DNA of 64,000 nucleotides from the human T2T-CHM13v2.0 reference genome, Homo sapiens: NCBI GenBank assembly GCA_009914755.4, contig CP068257.2, positions 20,256,001 to 20,320,000 of the forward strand, read 5' to 3'. Shown piece by piece: positions 54,942 to 64,000 of this stretch (position 1 is its first letter; each line of letters starts with the position of its first letter). The notes under the pieces were generated by a model. It saw only the letters and a program-made list of their open reading frames with translations, ran no database searches and was not told where the DNA came from. The position numbers and the translations under genes were made by a program.

Positions 54942-55975
54942 ACGCCAGAGCTTGGACGTGTTTTGCTATTTGTGAGTGAGAGCTGCTTGTTTTTCCAGTG
55001 AGCATCATGCATGGTATGCTTGAATGAGAAGTGTTAGTTACTTTAAATTTGGAAAACTTTGAAAAAAGAGAGATGCATATCACTACACAGATTTCAGGTA
55101 TAATACATGTTCAATTGATAAGTCTATTCATTGCACATACATCTCGATCACTGATAAAGAAGATCTGGAAGAACTTGTAGTTCAACAAAACCCAGCGTGA
55201 CTAATTTTAACACAACTATTAGGAAGCTGATTTCATTAAAAATGAAAAATCTTACTCAGTAGCTAAATTGGAAAAGACATTGGGAAAACATGGATAAACC
55301 TAGCATGCCCCAGGCAAAACAGTTTGTATGGTCACACTAGGAATAAAAGGAAAAAAAAAGTCAAATTTTACTGTCTATATTTAAAATAAAATTAAAAGAA
55401 AAAAACTGAAGTCAATGGGCTCTAAGAATAAAGCTAGACCATGATTCCATCAAAAAGTCTTTGTTGATTAACTCACTTGAGAGATCAACAATACTGAAAC
55501 CAAGTAGCCTCACATCTGTGAGGCAAAGATAGAGACGAAGATGCTGGATGTCCTCTGGCCAAGAACATTGAGCACTTTGAATCTGTATTTTTAGTGGAGT
55601 TATAAAATAGATTTTCATGATTTCTTACACAATGGGAGGAAAAAACAAAAACAAAAGACCCAGAACAAAGAATCTGATAGGCAGCAGATGTCCTGAGAAA
55701 CATCCACAAGGCAGATGGCAGCAATGTGTCAATAACAAACAGACCTATGGGATAGAAACAGCATGACAAATATCATATGGAAGAATTTACTTAACTATTT
55801 CACATTTTCTTTAAAAAAAGTCATGACTTATGATTACCTAGATAGCATACAGATATAATAACCTGTAGGGGAAGAAGGAAGAGAGAGATAAAGACCATTG
55901 GGAGGAATACAGAAATAAAAATCTATATTGGATGCTGTACTGGTCAGCATACACATGACCAGCTTTAGAATTTGA

Positions 55976-56317
<342 letters not shown>

Positions 56318-58656
56318 AGAGGTGGAATTTCTATATGTTATTCAATGTTATAAAAACTTTTATTGTCAAACATATTTTAAATATATTTTAAGATGTATAT
56401 CCCCTTTCACTTGTTAACAAAATACATTGCCTATAAATATATGGCCCATGCCTCTACAATATAACCTCCTTTCCCCACCTTTCCCACAAAGGTGAAGAAT
56501 CTCAGTATCTTCTGAATTTCATTTTTAAAATGTCCTGTCTTGAAAAGTGAGATTTAGAATGAGGAATCTATTTTCTGACTTACAAGTTCAGAAGGTCATC
56601 CACTAAAATAGTTTGAAAAAAAATCCACCTGCTTGAAAGAATAAGCCATATCAGTTTAAATATTGAAACCTGATTAGATCATGAATAGCCGGGCAATAGA
56701 ACTCAGTGACAAGACAAGGGAGAATGTTTAGAAAATGGATTCACCATTTATCCTTACACATAGCATACATGAAACATTTTATTTGCCTTGAAACAAATAT
56801 ATTTGCCTTTTAAATTGTTTCACCAGTTTTCGTGTAGACACATCAGAAATGTTATAATTATTTAATAATCATAAGTTCCCTTTTTAATTTTAAAACCTTT
56901 TATATATTTCAGTTATAACACCATTGCAATTATTTAATGTTTTAACTTTATCCAAAATGCCAATAACTTCACTGTATAAAACTATGAAAGAGCATGATAT
57001 CCACATTGTAAATGGAACATTGGCATTTTGTATTAAAATGTTACCACACAAGTTGTATAAATACTAAATTGCTCAGGACAAAGACTAAATCCTCACTGTA
57101 TTTTGGCAAGTGGCAATGAACTGATCATTCATCGGGACTTGCTTTCTTCAAATACTAAGATTGACTACTACAGAAAATATGATGGGCTAATTTTCAAGCC
57201 AACTGCCTAAAATGTACAATTTATTGAAAAGAAAACGTGACTTTTTTGCATTTCTTCTTTAGCTATCTTCATTACCTTTATTTTAAAGAAAGCATATTAA
57301 AAGAGCAGGATGATTACATGGTTCTATGCATTGTATAACTTGTTGGAAACCTTAATTTACTGACATAGAATTAAGTTTGTGCTGTATTTACAGATAAAAA
57401 CTACTAGCATAAATTTATATTTTCAATAGCTTTTAAAATTTGGCTATTTGCTTGAATAGTTTATAGGACTGGTCTACATTTTATTATATAATAATAAAAT
57501 ATTTAATAACATTTATCAATAAGTCACATGATATTCTAATAAGATACTCTGAGAAGTAGTGTCAATATTATTTGAAAAATATATTGTATGACAATATTTC
57601 AGCTAAATATAAAATTTTATTTACATAATGATTAATATTAAAAAATAAACAGGTCTCATAACAGGAATTTCTGTCGAATAGGATTTATCTTCCTTTGAAA
57701 GGTCCAAGCATTATTTGGAAGTTTAAACAAAATAGAACTTCATTTTTATAAAGTGGGCAAGGTACCTCGTTTACAGTTTTAAAAAATCAAGATTTTAAAA
57801 TATAGATGAGAACTAACAGTTCTGTGAGCATAAGGACAGTGCTGGATATCAGTTATTATTTTCATTTTATTGTATTAGTATGAACTTGGTTTGGCCTTGA
57901 CTAACGGAGACTTAATAGTGACTTCAATAAAATTAAAGCTTATTTCTGTCATAAGCAGCATCCAGGTGTGGTGTGTCACTTCCATGAATAACAGGGTCTC
58001 TGGCTCCCATTTTCTTTCTGATGTGCCATCCACAGAATGCAGCTTCCACCTCGTGATGCAATATGTTTGTTCTTACTGAAGCTGTAATTTCAGCATTCCA
58101 ACTAACAGGAGGGAGGAAAAGCCTATACCCTCTCTCTTTTTCAGACACTTCATAGAATTTATATTAAGTGATTTATGTGTCTCCCAAACCACAAATAAGT
58201 CCAAGGCCACACAGCTAGCTTTGAGAAAGGCTGGGTAACGTAATTTATTTTGGTACCCAGGTGTGAAACAAAAATCAAAAGTTTTTACAATATTGGAAAT
58301 ATTGGAAACAGAAGTACTTAAAAATCAAGTAATTTTTTAGACAATTTCTAAAGCCTAAAATAATGATACTAATAGAAATGTGTATATAGATATTAAACTC
58401 ATACATTGAATCGACCAAATTTGGTTTAATTTACATTCTTAATATTCTCTGTAATCTTTTTCTTATATGATTTGAATTGAATTAAAAAAATAGTTTTCAC
58501 ATGAATTTAATGTTTAACCAAAGTTTCAGTCTATTTTCCCTTGATTTATATTTGTCTTGAAGTTGTTTATAAAATTAAATCATTAATACTTCAGAATAGG
58601 TCAATCTTTACTCATAAAATGTTTCATCTAGTACAGTGTGGTGATTCAGGAAATAA

Positions 58657-58940
58657 GCTAGGTGCCGTGGCTCATGCCTGTAATCACAGCATTTTGGGAG
58701 GCCAAGATGGGAGAATTGCTTGAGGCAGCATTTCAAGACCAGCCTTGACAATATAGCAAAATCCTGTCTCTACAATTTTTTTTAGAAAAATTAACTAGGT
58801 GAGGTGGCAAGAACCTGTGGTGCCACCTGCTCAGAAGGCTGAGGGAGGAAGATCACCTGAGCCCAGAAGTTTGAGGCTGCAGTGGACTATTATCATGCTA
58901 CTGCACTGCAACCTGGGCAACAGAGTGAGACCCTGTTTCT
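58657..58940 (+). mobile_element. Old Alu (AluJ-like); its A-rich tail is split by the L1 insertion (tail resumes at 59365–59381)
   Basis: The sequence is 'gctaggtgccgtggctcatgcctgtaatcacagcattttgggaggccaagatgggagaattgcttgaggcagcatttcaagaccagccttgacaatatagcaaaatcctgtctctac…gcaacctgggcaacagagtgagaccctgtttct'. After the L1: 'aaacaaacagacaaac'. Confidence 0.88.
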
Positions 58941-59350
58941 TTCTTTTTTTTTTTTTACATAAGTATCTTTTTTAAAAAAAAATTTATTATTATTATACTT
59001 TAAGTTTTAGGGTACATGTGCACAATGTGCAGGTTTGTTACATATGTATACATGTGCCATGTTGGTGTGCTGCACCCATTAACTCGTCATTTAGTATTAG
59101 GTATATCTCCTAATGCTATCCCTCCCCCATCCCCCCACTCCACAACAGTCCCCTGTGTGTGATGTTCCCCTTCCTGTGTCCATGTGTTCTCATTGTTCAA
59201 ATCCCACCTATGAGTGAGAACATGCAGTGTTTGGTTTTTTGTCCTTGCGATAGTTTGCTGAGAACGGTGGTTTCCAGTTTCATCCATGTCCCTACAAAGG
59301 ACATGAACTCATTCATTTTTTATGGCTGCATAGTATTCCATGGTGTATAT
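58941..59350 (-). mobile_element. 5'-truncated L1PA (primate-specific L1) 3' end (3'UTR plus tail), with perfect 14-bp TSD GAGACCCTGTTTCT
   Basis: A poly-T run is followed by '…tttaaaaaaaaatttattattattatactttaagttttagggtacatgtgcacaatgtgcaggtttgttacatatgtatacatgtgccatgttggtgtgctgcacccattaactcgtcatttagtattaggtatatctcctaatgctatccctccc…ccatggtgtatat'. This is the reverse complement of the L1PA 3' UTR. The TSD lies at 58927–58940 and 59351–59364. Confidence 0.93.
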
Positions 59351-60974
59351 GAGACCCTGTTTCTAAACAAACAGACAAACTCGAACTCTAGTTAATGTAA
59401 TTGAATTTCTTAGAATATCACTATGGCAGACAAATCCTAAGGAAGCCCCATTATCCAGCCTTCTGATACTCAAGTTCTTATGTAATCTCCTTCCCTTGAG
59501 TGTTTGTGGAGCCTGCGCGTGGCTTCTAACGAGTAGAAGACAGCAAAGTTAATAGTAGGTATAGGATTATGTGTATGTTATTATTTGATTACCTCACTAA
59601 TTTATAGGCAATTGCAATCCCCTTCTTACACCGAGACTCTCTTTCCCTTGTTGACTTTGAGGAAGCAAAAGGGAATGTTGGGAAGGCCTACAGGGCAAGA
59701 AAATAAGGATGGCTTTTTGGTGCCAGCTAGCAATAAACTGAAGCTCTCAGTTTGACAGTCTACAAGGAACTAAATGCTGCCAATAACCCCACAAGATTAG
59801 AAGCAGATCCTTTTCCAGACAGGCCTCAGATAAGACTCTAGTGTTGGCCAACACTTTGGTTGCAGACTTGTAATAGGAGCTCTTGATTTGGAAAATCCAG
59901 TGACGTTCTACCCTAACTGCTGACCCACAGTACCTGTGTGTTAGTAAGCTGTTAAGTTTGTGGCATCACTGCTTTGCAGCAAGAAATAATTAATTCAAGT
60001 ACCTAACATACATGAAGTGCTGATACAGTGTTAGCTATTATTATTACATGTGGCAAGACAATAAGCTTTGAAATCACAAAAATTTGAATGTAAATATAAA
60101 CTGTCCATTACTACTGTTAAGTTTGTAAAGACACTTTCAGAGTTCAAATTCCTTCATCTGAAAAATAGGGGCAATGATATCTACCCAATACATTCTTTAT
60201 GAGGGATGATAATAATAAAATAAACTTGATAAAATGATAACTAATATTTATTGAGTATATACCATGTAATTTTCCTATATTATCCTATTTAATTTAATAT
60301 TATTAAATGATCTTATGTGCCATAGACATTTACAAATAAGAAACTATAGTACAGAAAAATTAAGTAGCTTCAATCAAGTGGCTGTTGATGAATATAGTCA
60401 GGGTCTAAACATTGGTAGCCAGACTTTAGAATCTGAACCATACAGTGATCCTCTGCCAGATAAAATAATTATTTCAACAGATGTAATTTTGATCACTAAC
60501 TATGTTCTACTTTTTATTTTAGGTTAAGTGATATAACAGAATGAAACAGACATTTAGACGTTAGGTGAGGCAAAACTACCAAAAGGGAATGGGAAATAGC
60601 TGCCAGATAAGTAGCATTAAAACCAATTAGGTATGATATTCCGTAAGCCTAGAGAAATTTTGGTTAACATTTTATATGTTCGTGATAGGAAATCTTAGAT
60701 GAGAACTGGACATTATGCAATTGACCATTGCATAATAAAGGGGTCTTGTTGAGAGCAGATTTGCCCTTGTTGACAGCAGATTTGGTAGGATGGTGTGGGT
60801 AAAAGTCTAATTGAAACCAGTTTAGACAAAGTCAGTGAAGAGGATAGCACAAATAACACTTCAAATGAATTTGCATATAAAAGGAGCAGTCGTTGGAAGG
60901 GAAAAATAGTCATAAGAGCAATATTTTTGTTTGATTTAAAATGGGAGAGATATAAACATGTTTACATACTCAAT

Positions 60975-61897
60975 TAGTCAGTGTTCTCTAGAGAAACAGA
61001 ATAGGGTACATACCTAGATATATAAAAAAGGGATTTATTATGGGAATTGCCTGATGCAATTATGGAGGCTGAGAAGTCTCACAGTCTGCCGTCTCAAGCT
61101 GGAGAAGCAGGAAAGCTGATGGTGTAATTTAGGCTGATTCTGAAGGCTTGAGAACCAGAGGAGCCAACACTGTATCTCTCAGCGCCATAGCAAAAATGTG
61201 TGCTATGGTTGAAGGTTATGTCCCCTCAAATAATCATGTTGAAACTTCATACCTAATGTAACAGCATTAAGAGAAGGGGTCTTCAGGAGGTGGTTAGGCC
61301 ATAGGGGCTCCACCCTTATGAATGAGATTAGCCATGTTGGAAAAGGCTGGAGGGAACTAATTAGGACCATTTCTGCCCTTCTGCTCTCCTACCACATGAG
61401 GGTACAGCAAGAAGGCCTTCTGCAGACACTAAATGCCAGGGCCTTGATCTTGGACCTCCCAGACTCTAGAACCGTAAAGGATATATATTTGTTATTTTTT
61501 ATGAATTATCCATTCTAAGGTATTTGGTTAGAGCTGCAGAAACGGATGATGACAGGCAAAGAATCAAGGGACCCGCTGATGCAATAAATATTGGAGTCTG
61601 AATGACTGAGAACCAGGAGCTCTGATACCCAAAGGCCGGAGAGGATGCATGTCCCATCTCCAGAGAGAGAGCAATTTTCACTTCCTCCACCTTTTTGTTT
61701 TGTCTGGGCCCTCAATGAATTGGGTGATACCTGCCTACATTGGCGAGGGTGGTCTCCTTTACTTGGTCTGCTGATTCAAATGTTAATCTCTTCTGAAAAC
61801 ATCCTCATGGACACACCCAGAAATCATGTTGTATCAGCTATCTGGGTATCCTTCAACCCAGTCAGGTTGATACACAATAACTATCACATACAGTAAA
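60975..61897 (+). mobile_element. MLT1-type MaLR LTR (~60975–61040 and ~61500–61897) with a nested MST/MLT-like LTR segment (~61190–61500)
   Basis: It starts 'ttagtcagtgttctctagagaaacagaatagggtacatacctagatatataaaaagggatttattatgggaattgcctgatgcaattatggaggctgagaagtctcac'. This matches the MLT1 start 'tgtggtcagtgttctctagagaaacagaaccaatagg…ttaaggaattggctcacgcgattgtggaggctggcaagtcc'. The 3' part is '…ctgggccctcaatgaattgggtgatacctgcctacattggcgagggtggtctcctttacttggtctgctgattcaaatgttaatctcttctgaaaacatcctcatggacacacccagaaatcatgttg…', matching the MLT1 3' half. Confidence 0.65.
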
Positions 61898-62321
61898 TAA
61901 ATAATCCAGTAGAGAGGAAATAACCTTCAGAAAAGATGTGGGCAAATTGCTATAGAGTACTGTCTTTGAATAGGTGAAAGTAGATGGGTTCTAACGTATG
62001 AGTGAAGAGCTGGCTTTGAGTAGAGAGAAACTTACAGTTCATGGACCATAACATTGGAAAGGGTCAGATTGTATAAGTAGACTATGCTAGGTGCATAGAA
62101 AGGTAGGTTATAGCTTAGAAACTTCTGATGATTTGCAAGTCAAATTAGAAGCATGACTGAAGATGGAGAGAAGGAAGGGGAGATTATAAGAGAGAGTAGG
62201 GGGTATGAAATTATCATTTGGAGAGCAAATTGACTAAGTCATATGATTTCCAGGCAAGATTAAGGAGACACTTCAGATTATTAATCATGAATTCAAAGTG
62301 CCAAAAGTCAGTATGTCTCTG

Positions 62322-62647
62322 TTTTTTGTTTGTTTGTTTGTTTGTTTGTTGTTTGCTTGTTTTTGAGACAGAATCTCGCTCTGTCACCCAGGCTGGAGTG
62401 CACTGGCGCAATCTTGGCTCACTGTGCAAGCTCTGCCTCCTGAGTTCACGCCATTCTCCTGCCTCAGCCTCTCGAGTAGCTGGGACTACAGGCACCCGCC
62501 ACCACGCCCAGCTAATTTTTTGTAGTTTTAGAAGAGACGGGGTTTCACCGTGTTAGCCAGGATGGTCTCGATCTCCTGACCTCGTGATCTGCCCGCCTCG
62601 GCCTCCCAAAGTGATGGGATTACAGGCGTGAGCCACCGCGTTCGGCC
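62322..62647 (-). mobile_element. AluY-like, full length, (GTTT)n tail, approximate TSD TCTGT(G)TTTTT
   Basis: The tail 'tttgtttgtttgtttgtttgtttgttgtttgcttgttttt' is followed by 'gagacagaatctcgctctgtcacccaggctggagtgcactggcgcaatc…gagttcacgccattctcctgcctcagcctctcgagtagctgggactacaggcacccgccaccacgcccagc…gggattacaggcgtgagccaccgcgttcggcc'. Confidence 0.92.
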
Positions 62648-63439
62648 TTCTGTGTTTTTACTCTAACTGTATACAGCTCTGCAGATGTGGTATGTATTAG
62701 GAGGGGGATTATATTTAATCTTGTCTGGGATTTTTCTAGGTAAGTACAATAAAAGGAAATTGACACCAAGAAGTTGATAGTTTATATAATAATAGTTGAC
62801 CATAGAATTTAAGGTGGAGAAGAAGTTATTGAATATATGGCAAGGATGAAGGACTGTGAAAAGGTGGTGACATCAGTGGAATTTAGGTCCAAAAGATTGT
62901 TAGAGTGTGAGCCTTAGTAAGTAGAACATGGAAAAATAAGAAGTATTGGTCTGTGAGAGGGTTGTACAAAACTGAAGTAATGCAGATGTTGCAATTATTG
63001 CTGATAGCATGTTCTTTGTAGGGTCATTCAAATGGAAGTTTGGGGTACAGTGGGAAAAATACTAAGAGTGCAGTTGCCTCACCTCCTAGGCCAGAGAGTT
63101 GCAAAGGCCACCTGTGTGGCTATTTATATTACGAAGAATTATGTCAAAGTATTTTAGGAATGAGTGAGAGTGAGACAAGAAGTAAAACCCTCGGGAAATG
63201 AGGAAAGACGTGGAAGTCCATAAGTGTTTGTAACACTGAGTAATTGTACGTGCATTAGAAAAATGGTTTCTTAAAGTGTGACTTTCAATGGTTGTTGCTA
63301 GAAATGCAAATTGCCAAGCAAATTTCTTGTTAGAAATGCAAATTTGATCAACAATTCTGGTTAGGGCTCAGCAATCTCTCTTTTAACAAGTCTTCCAGAT
63401 GATTGTGACATATTCTAAAATTGAAAACAACTGAATATA

Positions 63440-63590
63440 GTAATATAATATAATGGCATGAGATCTAAAACTTGGATGGAATATAATGGCATGAGATCTA
63501 AATGCCATTTAGATGGCATTAATATATAATAAATGGCATGAGATCTAAAACTGAAGATTATAATATAAGGGCATGAGATCTAAAACTGGG
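63440..63590. repeat. Local tandem repeat, four copies of a ~35–45 bp unit containing 'ggcatgagatctaaa(ac)'
   Basis: The unit recurs at about 63455, 63488, 63534 and 63570: 'taatggcatgagatctaaaacttggatggaatataatggcatgagatctaaatgccatttagatggcattaatatataataaatggcatgagatctaaaactgaagattataatataagggcatgagatctaaaactgg'. Confidence 0.8.
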
Positions 63591-64000
63591 GATTTTAGGG
63601 ACAATTAGGACGAATGGTCTGGAAGTTACAAGGAAAAGCAAAGTTGAATCCACCCTACTTTTGGGTCTGGTGAACAAAGAGGTGGGACATACCTTCTTTA
63701 TCATGTTTTGGTTATTAGCTTACTAACCACTGACTATATACTAGAAAATATGATAGCTTTACATGGATGATCTAATTTAATCAAATAGCTCTCTTTGGTA
63801 AGTACTATTGCAATCTACATTTTACAAAGGAGGAAACTGACATAAAATTATGTTAAATGACTTGCTCAAGCTCATATAGCTAATACATCTTTATTCCTCC
63901 TCACTTTTATATATTTTATAATCCAATCGAATATTTATTTCAACAATCCTCCACCTCTGGTTTTAGTAACACTCATATATTTTACTACCATTTCAGACCG

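Overview
This window is not prokaryotic DNA. It is catarrhine primate (most likely human) nuclear DNA from an AT-rich, gene-poor intergenic or deep-intronic region. Recognisable interspersed repeats make up at least half of it. I found no bacterial-type genes, operons or CRISPR array, and no convincing protein-coding exon. The prompt suggests a novel biological system; I do not see one, and saying so is the honest call.

What I can read directly:
- At least 19 Alu elements (AluJ, AluS and AluY), several with intact target-site duplications (TSDs) and long A-tails.
- Several L1 copies: an older ~4.7 kb L1 on the minus strand with frame-disrupted ORF2 remnants, a second minus-strand L1 split by a young AluY, a 410-bp L1PA 3' end inserted into an Alu tail, and ancient L1M pieces.
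- ERVL-MaLR elements: THE1/MST-like LTRs (one with internal sequence) and an MLT1.
- Two HERV9-type LTR12 solo LTRs in opposite orientation about 5.7 kb apart. One is a full 1.55-kb copy whose U3 carries a CpG-rich segment and 40-bp tandem repeats with six CCAAT boxes.
- A Tigger-like non-autonomous DNA transposon with terminal inverted repeats.
- Numerous microsatellites: (TCTA)n, (GGAA)n, (TA)n, (CA)n, (GT)n and (GGT)n.

Nearly every ORF in the supplied six-frame track is a translation of Alu antisense sequence, low-complexity repeat or GC-rich LTR U3. The only biologically meaningful ORFs are decayed L1 ORF2 reverse-transcriptase fragments.

The points worth a second look are structural or regulatory. 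LTR12 is a known cryptic promoter family. There are nested insertions with intact TSDs, an Alu carrying a 144-bp internal tandem duplication, and repeat arrays that are likely polymorphic. None of these is a new gene system. All coordinates are from manual counting and are accurate to about ±5 bp.
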